Below the pieces are notes generated by a model, which was not told where the DNA came from, did no database searches, and saw only the letters and a list, made by a program, of their open reading frames with translations. A program made the translations under genes and the position numbers. This document shows, piece after piece, positions 16,635 to 27,800 of a stretch of 29,085 bases of DNA. The stretch lies in IMG/VR virus record IMGVR_UViG_3300046001_005431, positions 1-29,085 of that record; one strand, 5' to 3'. Source of the DNA: a virus (taxonomy: Duplodnaviria > Caudoviricetes). Within the stretch, counting starts at the first letter, position 1. Each line of letters opens with the position of its first letter.

Positions 16635-17504
16635 ATGTCAAAAGTCCCAACGGGATACAATCTCCCACAGACAGCTATGGAGATGTCTGACGAAGAATTG
16701 AAAGCCAATTTGATGGCGGATTTCAAGCAAACGTCCGTCAAGAAGTCGAACTTCCCAACAGAAATCATACCACTCCCATCAAGAGGATTACTTTATCCAG
16801 AAGGACATCCACTTGGAGAAGGTGTGATTGAGATGAAGTATATGACTGCAAAGGAAGAGGATATTCTAACCTCACAGAACCTTATCAAACAGGGTGTGGT
16901 CTTGGATAAGTTGTTTGAGTCACTAATCGTTACTCCAATGAACTACTCAGACCTACACATCGGTGATAAGAATGCTGTGATGGTTGCTGCAAGAATTTTA
17001 GGGTATGGTAAGGATTACACGGTAGAAGTTGACGACCCGTTTTCGCCGGGAACAAAACAAAAAGTTACAATAGACCTTACTCAAATAGAGCACAAGGAGG
17101 TGGATTATTCTCTATTAGAGTCCAGACAGAATGAATTTGATTTTGAGTTGCCGCAGTCAAAGCGGGTTGTCACCTTCCGTCTAATGACACATGGTTTGGA
17201 AAAACAAATCCAAACAGAAATCAAGGGTATGAATAAAACAAAAGTACGCACGGGTATTGATAATGAATTGACAACACGGTTGAAGAACGTTATCATAGCA
17301 GTGGATGGTGAAATGGGTCGAGCGGCAATAAACAACTTCGTAGATAACGAACTGTTTGCACTCGATTCACGTGCCTTACGTTCATATATGAAGGAAATAT
17401 CTCCCGACCTCGATATGACGTTTACATTTGTTTCAGATGCAACGGGTGAGGTAAAGGAGATGGACATTCCGATGGATGTTTCATTTTTTTGGCCTGGGAA
17501 CTGA
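16635..17504 (+). CDS. Baseplate hub/tail assembly chaperone, T4 gp26-like
   Basis: LPSRG, MTAKEEDIL, D...V..AARILGYG, SPDLDMTF, ending SFFWP; located between tube and tape measure genes. Confidence 0.72.
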   Translation: MSKVPTGYNLPQTAMEMSDEELKANLMADFKQTSVKKSNFPTEIIPLPSRGLLYPEGHPLGEGVIEMKYMTAKEEDILTSQNLIKQGVVLDKLFESLIVTPMNYSDLHIGDKNAVMVAARILGYGKDYTVEVDDPFSPGTKQKVTIDLTQIEHKEVDYSLLESRQNEFDFELPQSKRVVTFRLMTHGLEKQIQTEIKGMNKTKVRTGIDNELTTRLKNVIIAVDGEMGRAAINNFVDNELFALDSRALRSYMKEISPDLDMTFTFVSDATGEVKEMDIPMDVSFFWPGN

Positions 17505-17721
17505 GTATAAATTAGGATTGCATGAGGAAATCTTTTCACTGTGTTATTATGGAAAAGGTGGATTCATATGGGATGATGTTTATTCACTACCAATTCACCT
17601 GAGACGTTTTTACATACAACAGGTGACGAAGGCAATAGAAACAAAGAACAAAGCGGAGAGTTCTGAATACAGTAAGGCAAAACGAACTGTACCAACGTTT
17701 TCTCCACCAACAAAACGATAA
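17476..17721 (+). CDS. Second chaperone ORF, probably expressed as a frameshift extension of the upstream gene
   Basis: Overlaps upstream gene by 29 nt in the +1 frame across a T7 run; GGF.WDDVYSLPIHLRRFY resembles the 'W.....MP...R..' pattern of T-type tail chaperone extensions; no well-spaced RBS. Confidence 0.62.
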   Translation: MFHFFGLGTEYKLGLHEEIFSLCYYGKGGFIWDDVYSLPIHLRRFYIQQVTKAIETKNKAESSEYSKAKRTVPTFSPPTKR

Positions 17722-17726
17722 TCTTC

Positions 17727-17766
17727 AGGGTTTACATATTTATAGGTATGTAAACCCTACTTTTTA
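17727..17766 (+). terminator. Hairpin terminator with embedded CATATTTATA motif
   Basis: AGGGTTTACATA-TTTATAGG-TATGTAAACCCT perfect 12-bp inverted repeat followed by ACTTTTTA; motif at 17735-17744. Confidence 0.78.
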
Positions 17767-17777
17767 TGGAGGAATGA

Positions 17778-18011
17778 ATGGAAACGGTCAAACAAAGTCT
17801 ACTTGATATGATTATCGACTTTATTTCAAGACGTAAAATCGCTGCACTCGAACGTGCGTTCAAAGGCGATCAAAAACTCATGGCTACGGTAAAACGTATG
17901 AATGATACATACGCTGAGATAGATAACCACTTGACAGAGTACTGCAAGAAGTATCCTGAACGTTGTAAAGATGCAGAAGAAAGAGAGAATAAATTCCGTT
18001 ACAAGGGATGA
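17778..18011 (+). CDS. Small hypothetical protein (77 aa)
   Basis: Strong GGAGG RBS; sits directly before the tape measure gene; YCKKYPERC Cys pair. Confidence 0.72.
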   Translation: METVKQSLLDMIIDFISRRKIAALERAFKGDQKLMATVKRMNDTYAEIDNHLTEYCKKYPERCKDAEERENKFRYKG

Positions 18012-18019
18012 GTCGGTAA

Positions 18020-21000
18020 ATGGCTAAAAGAAAAGACCAACAAACAAACCAATCTCAAGGAAACCCCACACCAAATGTGAGGGAAGAACGTGCGTCCAAA
18101 TTCACGGAAAAACAAAAGGGTGCGGAAAAATTCAAGCAGATAGTCAAAGAGACGAATGATGAGTTTCTTGAAACGGAGAAGCTAGTAGAGTCTATCACGA
18201 AAAAAACTGAAAGACTCAATAAGTTGAAGACTATTGGAAAAGGTGAAACTGAATTAGCCAAAAAGCTTCAGAAAGAAATAGATGAAGAACATGAAGAGTG
18301 GTATAAACGTGAAGAAAAACTAAATAAGCTTCAAGAAGAACGGAACAAGATTGGTTTAGACCAAAAGAATCTTGCACAAGATTTGTTGAAAATTGGAAAA
18401 CGCCAACAAGACGATATGACAAAAATGGCGGATGACCGAGCAAAGTCCACCATTCTTGCAACGAGTTCTCAAGAGAAATTGACTGGTGCATCTCAAGTAT
18501 GGGCAAAATCACAAGACATTAGTCTAATATACATGAGGCAACAAAACGCTGAGGCCAAGGGTCTCATACAACTGATACAGAGGCAGGGCTCTGTGTCAGA
18601 ATCTTTCATGGATGCATATGAAGATCATGAAGAGACGGCAAAGAGTATTCTTTCGGTTCAACGTGATATAACGAAATCAGCTGGAGAAGCGTCAAAGGGT
18701 GAATACAAAAAACTCGACCTTTCAAGACAACAAGAAATGATTGAAGAACGCCAGGCCGATTTAGCATACAAGCGTAGCCAATTTGAAAGTGGCAAGAGTG
18801 ATATGTCAAAAGAAGAGCTTGAGTCATTGGAACGACGACTTGAACTTGATAAGAAAGTTGTATCATCACTTGAATTGCAAAACAAAGCACTCTCAGATGC
18901 ATCTGATAGTGCGAAGAAAGTTCTCGGTACATTTGATAGGATAATGGAACTTGATATAAAGGGTGCAATACGAGAAGGTTTCAGTTTCGATAAGATTCAG
19001 TCTGAAGTAAAAGAAAAAGTTGGTGCAACGTTCGTCAATATCGCTGCTGAGATGAAAGGTGAGAAAGGTTTAGTTGGTGGTCTGAAGGCAGCCGGTGCTG
19101 GTATGAAGGGACTTCTCAACATGGCACCTATGTTTATGAAGGCACTCGCTATTGGTGGACTTCTATCAATAGTTAGTTTCATAGCTGAATCTTTTGGTAA
19201 GGTAGACGAGGAAGTTTCAAAACTTGGTCAAGACTTAGGAATATCGAAACATGAAGCGATAGAACTTCATCACGCCGCAACAGACGTTGCAGGTGAAATG
19301 GGAATCGTTGGTGTAAATGCAGCCGAGGTAGCTAAGGGTGTACAGACTGCATCTGAAATAATGGGTGGTCTTGATATTGCCTCTAAGTTCGCCGCTGGTG
19401 ACGAGAAGGCAAAACAACTTGTAAAAGATACAACTGTATTGAGTGAGAAGTTTGGTTTATCATCCGATGAAATCAAAAACATCAACGACCTTGCCACAAT
19501 GTCCGGCAAGAGTATGGGTCAACTCACCGCAGAAGCAACAACTCTAAACAAAGGTTTGATGACAAGTAAGGAATCATTGAAGTTACTTTCAAAGGTTCCA
19601 AAAGAAGTTGCGGTTGGATTCAAGGGTGGAACACAAGAACTTATCAAGGCGGCCGCAAAGGCAAAGTTACTTGGTATGGAACTGAAACAAGTTCAGGACA
19701 TCGGTATGGGAATGCTGGACATTGAGTCTTCTCTCGAAAAAGAAATGGAGGCACGTGTCCTAACAGGTAAGAATCTCAATCTTGATGCAGCTCGTGCATA
19801 TGCCCTTCAGGGCGATGTGGCTTCTCTCCAAGACGAATTGTTGAGACAAGCTGGTTCCCTGAAAGAGTTTCAGGCAATGGGGCCACTCCAACAGAAATCT
19901 ATGGCAGATGCTATGGGTATGACTGTTGAACAAATGACTACAATGTTGACGAACGCGGAGAAACTGAAAGAACTCGGTATCGACGATGCAAAGATGAAGA
20001 AGCTTCAGGAGATGAATGCCGAAGAACTAAATAAGGAATTAGCAAAAGGTGGAAGTCAGGCATATAAAGACTATGTTAGAAACTTGGCGAAAGAAAAAGA
20101 ATCCGAAGAAACAAAGAAGAAACTTGCGGATGCAATGACGAAAATACAAGAGAAGTTGGCAAAGATGATTACACCACTCATCGAGATGGCTGATAAGTTC
20201 TTGAGTGTTGTTGACAGTGCAAAACTACTTGAACCAATTCTGTGGACTGTTGCTGGATTACTTGGTCTAATCGCAACAGTATACATCGGTAAGAAGATAA
20301 AGGACGGTATCGGTCTTGTAAAGGATGGTTTCGGTGCAATAAAGGATGGTGCATCGAAGTTGTTCGATTACATCAAAGGACCGGGGTCTGAAGTCATGGA
20401 TGAACTTGCAGACAAGGCCGGTGGTATTGCTGAAAAAGTCGGTGACAAGGCAGAGGATGCGGTTTCAAGTTTGACAGAAAAGGCACAGGAAGCCGCAACA
20501 GAAAAAGTATCCGAGGCTGGTGAAGACGTTGCTTCAAATTTGGCTGATAAGGCTAAGGACTCTGTAACAGATAAGGCAACGGGTTTGCTTAGTGATAAGG
20601 CAGACGACTTGGTTTCGGATGGAGCCGATGCACTGTCCTCAACCGAAGCCGCTTCTCCGAAGAAAGGTGGTGGAATATCTGAGTTCTTCGAGAAACTTGA
20701 TGCAAAGAAAATGTTACAAGGGGCAGCTGCATTACTCGTAGTAGCCGCTGCTCTGTGGGTTACCGCCAAGGCACTCCAAGAATTCGCAACTGTAAATATA
20801 GAAGACATGGGTAAAGCTGGTCTTGCTTTATTGGGACTGACCGTCGTCTTATTCGCAATATCAAAGATGAAGGGTTCATTGATAGAGGGTGGTATAGCGT
20901 TGATTGCAATGGCGGGTGCACTATACATACTTGGTGGTGCCTTACAGATGTTCGAAAATATAAAGTTAGAAACCCTTGGAATAGCCGCCATCGCATTAGT

Positions 21001-21817
21001 CGGATTGACAGCGGCTGTACTTGGACTCGGGGCAATCATATCATCGGGTGTTGGTGGTGCTTTATTTGCCGCCGGTATTGTTGGATTCATTGCACTTGGA
21101 GCTGCACTCGTTGTATTAGGTGCCGGTCTCCTCGTTGTTGCATCGGCGATTGCACTTGGTTCGGTTGCACTACAGAACATAACAAAGGATATTGAAAAGC
21201 TTACTGCAATCGACGATGAAAAACTCGAAGGTGTTGCTGACAAGTTAGGAATACTCGGTGAGGCAATTCTAAACTTTGGTGCCGGTGGATTGATGAGTGG
21301 TATAGGTGCCGGGTTATCTGCCATGTTTGGCGCTAAGTCGCCGGTTGAACAGATAATGGATATTATGGCAAAGTTGGATCCATCGAAGTTAGATGGTGTT
21401 TCATTGGCTATACGTTCACTTGCCGATGCGTTTGGTTACTTCGCCGACCAAATTGGTAAGATGAAAGACTTTGACACAGATAAGATTGACACCATCATTG
21501 AAAAGATGGAAGAAGTAAAAGCCGCACAAACAGGTGGGGGTGGTATATTTGGTGGAATGTTCTCAACACAAAGTCAAACGGCACAACCCGTTGGTATTGG
21601 ACTGACACAACAAGGTGGTGGTAAAGAAGGTGCCGGTAACCCAATGGCAAACGTAGAGAAGAAGCTCGATACACTTATCAACGTAATGACTCAGGCAGCT
21701 AATACACCAACTGTAATCAAGTTTGGTGAAAGAGTCATTGACGAGATAAAGACACAAATAGACTTCAAGTCTGCATACAACGTGAAGGTAGATAACACCT
21801 ATGGTAGAACTGCCTAA
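18020..21817 (+). CDS. Tape measure protein
   Basis: 1265 aa, alpha-helical Ala/Gly/Lys/Glu-rich, LDIESSLEKEMEARVLTGKNLNL.AAR core, multiple hydrophobic helices in the C-terminal third; downstream of tube and chaperones. Confidence 0.88.
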   Translation: MAKRKDQQTNQSQGNPTPNVREERASKFTEKQKGAEKFKQIVKETNDEFLETEKLVESITKKTERLNKLKTIGKGETELAKKLQKEIDEEHEEWYKREEKLNKLQEERNKIGLDQKNLAQDLLKIGKRQQDDMTKMADDRAKSTILATSSQEKLTGASQVWAKSQDISLIYMRQQNAEAKGLIQLIQRQGSVSESFMDAYEDHEETAKSILSVQRDITKSAGEASKGEYKKLDLSRQQEMIEERQADLAYKRSQFESGKSDMSKEELESLERRLELDKKVVSSLELQNKALSDASDSAKKVLGTFDRIMELDIKGAIREGFSFDKIQSEVKEKVGATFVNIAAEMKGEKGLVGGLKAAGAGMKGLLNMAPMFMKALAIGGLLSIVSFIAESFGKVDEEVSKLGQDLGISKHEAIELHHAATDVAGEMGIVGVNAAEVAKGVQTASEIMGGLDIASKFAAGDEKAKQLVKDTTVLSEKFGLSSDEIKNINDLATMSGKSMGQLTAEATTLNKGLMTSKESLKLLSKVPKEVAVGFKGGTQELIKAAAKAKLLGMELKQVQDIGMGMLDIESSLEKEMEARVLTGKNLNLDAARAYALQGDVASLQDELLRQAGSLKEFQAMGPLQQKSMADAMGMTVEQMTTMLTNAEKLKELGIDDAKMKKLQEMNAEELNKELAKGGSQAYKDYVRNLAKEKESEETKKKLADAMTKIQEKLAKMITPLIEMADKFLSVVDSAKLLEPILWTVAGLLGLIATVYIGKKIKDGIGLVKDGFGAIKDGASKLFDYIKGPGSEVMDELADKAGGIAEKVGDKAEDAVSSLTEKAQEAATEKVSEAGEDVASNLADKAKDSVTDKATGLLSDKADDLVSDGADALSSTEAASPKKGGGISEFFEKLDAKKMLQGAAALLVVAAALWVTAKALQEFATVNIEDMGKAGLALLGLTVVLFAISKMKGSLIEGGIALIAMAGALYILGGALQMFENIKLETLGIAAIALVGLTAAVLGLGAIISSGVGGALFAAGIVGFIALGAALVVLGAGLLVVASAIALGSVALQNITKDIEKLTAIDDEKLEGVADKLGILGEAILNFGAGGLMSGIGAGLSAMFGAKSPVEQIMDIMAKLDPSKLDGVSLAIRSLADAFGYFADQIGKMKDFDTDKIDTIIEKMEEVKAAQTGGGGIFGGMFSTQSQTAQPVGIGLTQQGGGKEGAGNPMANVEKKLDTLINVMTQAANTPTVIKFGERVIDEIKTQIDFKSAYNVKVDNTYGRTA

Positions 21818-21832
21818 TAATCCTCACCATTC

Positions 21833-21842
21833 CATATTTATA
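21833..21842 (+). promoter_or_regulatory. Putative late promoter motif CATATTTATA
   Basis: 20 nt upstream of ATG 21863. Confidence 0.68.
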
Positions 21843-21862
21843 TGAAACAACAGTAGAGGACT

Positions 21863-24800
21863 ATGGCTTTAGTAGATTTACAATCCGACCTATCAAAATT
21901 TCGTTCTGAAGTTTCAAGGGAACCTAAGAGTACACCCGAGGCATCTAAAGCCACGAGTAACAAAAACTTTGCAACGTTCCAACCGATAACTGAGAAACTG
22001 AAGTCTATGCAACAACAGATTGCAAGACCAGACCAAACTCCAATAGAGGACAAGTTGTCTTCGCGTAGAACACAGGTCGAGAAATTCAACACTACTCCGG
22101 TTGAGACGAAACTGAACTCAACCCGTCTTGATGACATCATCAAAGTTGCAATGGAAGATATGACACTAAACTCCGTGTCACGTCTTTCGAATATCAATAA
22201 GGAATTTAGTCTACGAAATGTGAATGCTCTATCATTGGATAAAGTGCAATCACGTTTTGACGATATACGTCAGGAAGTGTTTGTTAGTCGATTAGATAAA
22301 TCTAACATCATTGTTACAAAGACAAATGTTGGGACAAATAACTTGAACTCACCAATTGATGTTGTGCGTGTTGAGAATGATACAACAAACAACATCGTCA
22401 TTCCTGAAATAGAAATCACAAGACCAGAACAACAAATTGAAAGAGGTGCACAATCACCGAATCTGTCACCGGCTCGTACTGTCATCGGTGGAACGGAAAT
22501 AAGAACTGAGAGTGGTAACGTTACAAACCCAAACATACCAATTACACGTCCCGAACAGTCAACGGATAGAAGTGGACAATCGGTTGTAATCAATAAGGAT
22601 TTGTTTTCACCACTCAATAACGTGATTGACCCGAATCTTGCACTTCAGAAGTCTGAACTATTGATACTCGTACCCGAGGCACAGACACCAAACATCATAA
22701 CAGAGACAATAAAGCAAGGTCTTGTTGTAGATCCAAACACAAAAGTCTTTCGTGTTCAGAACGGGGAGTTTCATTTAGCGGGTGACGAGAGTTTTCTGAA
22801 TCGTGATGAAAAACCAGTTCGATTCGTAACAACTTCGAGATTGGCAAATATCGAGCCAACACAAGAACCTGATACTGAACGTTATGACTTGGAATCCGTA
22901 CAAACAACTGACAGGTCATCGTTGAACGTGGATACGGTAATAAAGACAATTCCAGGTGGTAGACACGAAAATACCGAAGGTACTTCACTTGCAATAGTTG
23001 GTACTCAACAAGTAAACTTCTTCCCGGACACAAATGCAAGAGGTTTTGTTGTAAGGGCACAACAAGGTTCAACTGAATACACTGGTGATTCTGTATTTGG
23101 GTGGAGTGGTAACAGTTCAGCCGCACCAACAACAAACTTCATAACCGATACAAACGGTGTGGGGTTCAAAAAGTTTGCTAGTGTGGGTGAGACTGATTAC
23201 AATACTGAAAGTTCTAAGTTTGGATTTTCAAGACCAACCGGTGTAGATTACTTTGATGTAACTAAACAATACGCATCTGACGGATTCAAGACATTTGTGA
23301 TTCAATATGAAACTGCGTATAAACAAGATGCATCCGAATTTGTTTGGAAGGGCAAGAGTGGTCAGGCACCAGAAGTGGACTACTTTGATGTCACCGGTCA
23401 GAATTCAAATGGTTTCCACCGTTTTGCTCAGATATATGATTCAAGATACATACCTGACTCATCAATCTATGACTTTGATGGGGTTGGACAATCTGCGCCA
23501 GCCGTAAACTACTTTGATGTAACAGGTCAGTACACAAATGCTGGATTTCAAACATTTCCACAGTTGTATGATACAAAGTATGTCAGTGATGCCTCTGCAT
23601 TTACTTGGGGTGGCGATAGACAATCCTCACCGGAGGTAAACTACTTTGATTTGAATGGTACGAATACTACCATCGGATTCCACAGATTTGCACAACTCTA
23701 TGATTCAAAGTTTGTACACGAGTCCTCAACTTATGATTGGGATGGTAATAATCAAAATGCACCTGAAGTAAATTACTTCGATGTGAGTGCCACTCACACT
23801 ACTACAGGATTCCACAGATTTCCACAATCTTTGGATTCAAAGTATGTTCCCGACTCATCGCTATTTACGTTCAAAGGAAATCCAACCGAGTCACCTGAGG
23901 TCAATTACTTCGATTTGAATGGAAGAAACACGACTTCAGGATTTCATAGATTTGCACAGGCACTTGATACCAAGTATGTGTCTGATTCATCTGTGTTTAC
24001 CTTTGCTGGTGATAAGAATAATTCTCCCGAGGTAAACTACTTTGATTTGAATGGTACAAACACTACAACGGGATTTCATAGATTTGCTCAACAATACGAT
24101 ACAAAGTATATCCATCAGTCTTCACGATTTGATTGGGACGGTAATAAACAAGAAGCACCTGAAGTGAATTACTTTGACTTGAATGGTCAGAGCACTTCAA
24201 CAGGATTCCATAGGTTTGCACAACTCTATGATTCAAAGTACATACCAAATTCTTCTATCTATGATTGGGATGGTAACAAACAGAGTGCACCTGAGGTTGA
24301 CCAGTTCGACCTGATACGTAGTAGTACAACAAAGGGATTTGAGAAAATAGCACCGTCTATGGTAACACGATATGTTCGTGATGCCTCGAGATTTGTTTTC
24401 GATGGAAGTGCACAGTCTGCACCTGAGACTGACTACGTTGACCTGACCAAGAAGTTTGCAACAAAGGGATTTGAAAAATTCCCACAACGAATGGTAACCA
24501 AGTATGTAAAAGATGGTTCCGAGTTTACATTCAAAGGTGCAAATAGGTCTGCACCAAAGACTAACTTTTTCACGGATACACAAGGTAAGGGATTTACCAC
24601 ATTTGCACAGAAGTTGAGTTCCGAGTATGTAAAGGACATATCGGAGTACACATTCAAAGGTGGTCTGCCTACGGAAATCAACTTCTTTGCAGACACAAAC
24701 GGAAGTGGGTTTGTAAACAAGACACCTTTACTTGAAACAAAGTATGTGAAGGATTCTAGTACATTTACATTCCAAGGTTCTACACCAACACCCGTTGATT

Positions 24801-27800
24801 TTCTTGGAAACACGAATGGTAGTGGTTTTGATTTGAAGGTTGCTTTGAATGAAACCAAATATGTGGAAGACTCAAGTCAATTCACATTCAAGGGCGATCC
24901 AAAATCTGCAAACACAGCGAATTTCTTCAATGATCTTTCTGCAACAGGATTTACTTCATTTCCACAGTCACTAACATCAGAATATGTTGGTGAATCTTTG
25001 TTCGGTATACCGGGTAACGCTAAAGTAAATGAAGACTTGAAAAACGGTGGTGTGGATATAACATCCAAAGTGGAATCAAAACTTGCACAACGAGATAGTA
25101 CCTTTGGTTGGACGGGAACTCGTCAAGAGGCACCTGAAGTAAACTACTTAGGAATAACAGCTGAGAATCCAGAGTCAGTTGAAGGATTCACTCGTTTGTT
25201 TTCAACGACTGAGACAAAGTTATCACAACAGTTTTCTCGTTTCTCATTTGCCGGTTCATCAAATCTCGCGATACCTAAAAACGTACCGTTCACTACATTT
25301 TTTGGATATACACCGTCTGAACGCACAGGATTCATGGTTGGAATGACCGGTGGTGAAAGTACACTCTACCCTATTATCGATCCTGTTCTTCGTTTTGACG
25401 AAGACTCATCCCGTAGATTTGATATAGAGTCTGCAAGGGCACAGAGACGTAGTATAAAGACAATCAATCAAGAGAAGTATGCACCACTATCGTTAGGCAA
25501 ACGTCCGTGGTCAAATGGTACACTTTCAGCAACACTTGAGAATCAAGTACCCGATATAGTTACAGGTGGAATCGCTGGTTCATATGAGAACAAATACGAA
25601 CGTGGTGTAAAAGACAACACAGAACAAAGGGGTTATCTAACAAAGTGGGCGATAACAAGACGTTCGCCATCACCGTTGGATGCACAGTATTCCAAGTTCA
25701 ATCTCCGTGATGATTCTTTCAATTATGACTTTGTTTGGAATCAACCGTTTGTACTCCGTGGTATTCAAGGTGGGTTGGAACCTGAACGTTGGGGTGGAAT
25801 TTTCCGTGGTGTTGATGATGGTGTTGCACGTGCTGGTATAGCCACTATGGTTGATCGTGTAATCTTTGATTCACAACGCATTGGAAAATTCCTGACTTCT
25901 ATAAAAGGACTTGCTTGGAATGTAAGACAAGTTGGACTTCAATTTATGAACCCGGTTGTGGATATAAATCCATCTAACGAGTTGAGTCAAATTGCGGGGG
26001 TATCAACAACACTGACATTCAATCCACTATCGGTAATTGCAAACGTTGCAACCGCAAGGGTTGGTTTCCATATACCGAGACATGGTATAAGTACTCTCGA
26101 CCTACTTGACAGTGGTAGACTGAATATGTATGAAAAGGCAACTGTTGCACGTGAATTACAACTAACTGCACAAGGAACTGCCGAGGGACAGTTTAGTCAA
26201 TTAGAAAAACCAACCACAGATAACAAAACAAATTACAATCGTTTGATTGGTTTGATGAAGGAATTATTACCTAACTCATTCACGCCTTCAATTACACCAT
26301 CACAAACACCAACACCTACCGACCAGGAAGGTCAGCAACCGACTCCACCACCATCTATACCACAGGATATAAGTGGAAACTCTGAGATAGTACGTATCTC
26401 TTCAAACTTTGGTGGCCCAAGCTCGTTCTTAGGTATAGGTGGTACACGTATTCACAGATCGACCCACCCGTACCTCGTTCACTACACTACTGCTCCAGAT
26501 TTACGAGCACAACGTGAACCAACGTATACACCTGAGTCAAGACGTGATACCTTTTATGCGTATTCAACAACTTACGGTTCATACCTAAAAGAAAATGGAG
26601 TCGGTGGTTTACTCAAGGCACTTTCGTACCTTTTACCGGGTGGACCGAAAGAATTGAATGATGTATCACAAGAAGCTGGTAGTCCGAACATACAACAGGA
26701 ACAGAACAACATCATCAGTGGAGTAAACCCATACAGTCCGAGACACGATACACAATTCTCGAGAACAGAAAGACGAACCTCCATCAATCTTGGTAAGACC
26801 GAAACGTTACTTGCAAATTCAGTTCATCCTGATAATGTTGACAAGGATAGTTTGATAAAACAGTACAGAACTGCAAACTATGATAAACTACGTCGAAACA
26901 ACAGATTGAACAACAAGTACTTCAATGACTTTAGGGCGGACGTGGGAGTTGATTTTGCATCGGGCTCACAAGCGGATGATCAGGGTCGTGCTTTTGTAAC
27001 CAACCCAAACATAGCAAGATTTGGGACTCGTAATCTTTCAGAACGTTATGGATTTGGTGACCAAGGTAGACCAGGTGTACGTCGAGATCAACCGTTCATT
27101 AGTAGTGTTAGATATGCGAAGTTTGACAACCCCGAAATCATACAACAAAACGGAAACAAAGAGTTTAGAGACTATGGTGTACCTATTCAAAAAGAAGGAC
27201 AGTACTTCCGTGGTGACAGAATAAACATTATTGATTACAAGAGGGCAAACTTCAATATCAATACTGGATTGGCATACGAGTTGGGTAATACAACTTTGGC
27301 AGAAAGTGGTGTGAATGGTACACGTGACTTGATTGAATTTTACTTCTCAAGTCTTGTGTTACAAGGACACGATAACTGTCCTGCTGAGATTATTGTATTC
27401 CGAGCAACATTCGGTAGTATCACAGATAACCATAAACCATCTTGGAATTCAGTAAAGTACATGGGTCGTGCAGATCCACTTTACGTTTACCAAGGTTATG
27501 AGCGTGAGGTATCGTTTGACTTTACCGTACACATTGGTTCTCGTGATGAGATGCGTGCATCATGGCGTAAATTGAATTATCTTGCGTCATGGACGGCACC
27601 TGAATATCGTGATAACGGATTTATGAGAGGCCCAATGGTTCGTCTGAACATAGGTCACTTGTATCGTAAAATGCCGGGATACATTTCTTCATTGAGCTAT
27701 ACGTTTGATAATCAACAAACAACTTGGGAAACCGCTAAGTTACCTGAAGATATGAACTTGAATGACGCAACTATAAAGGCACTAAGTTCGCCTGGCGTTC

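Noticed and set aside
17483-17515. Canonical -1 frameshift at the T7 run
   Set aside because: The -1 frame hits TAG within about ten codons; only +1/-2 reaches the downstream ORF.
20368-21324. 318-aa minus-strand ORF
   Set aside because: Antisense shadow of the Ala/Gly-rich tape measure gene; no recognisable motif or regulatory support.
23366-24680. 132-bp periodic repeats as CRISPR array or DGR template/variable repeats
   Set aside because: In-frame coding repeats varying mainly at synonymous sites, no repeat-spacer alternation, differences not adenine-specific, no reverse transcriptase or cas gene in the window.
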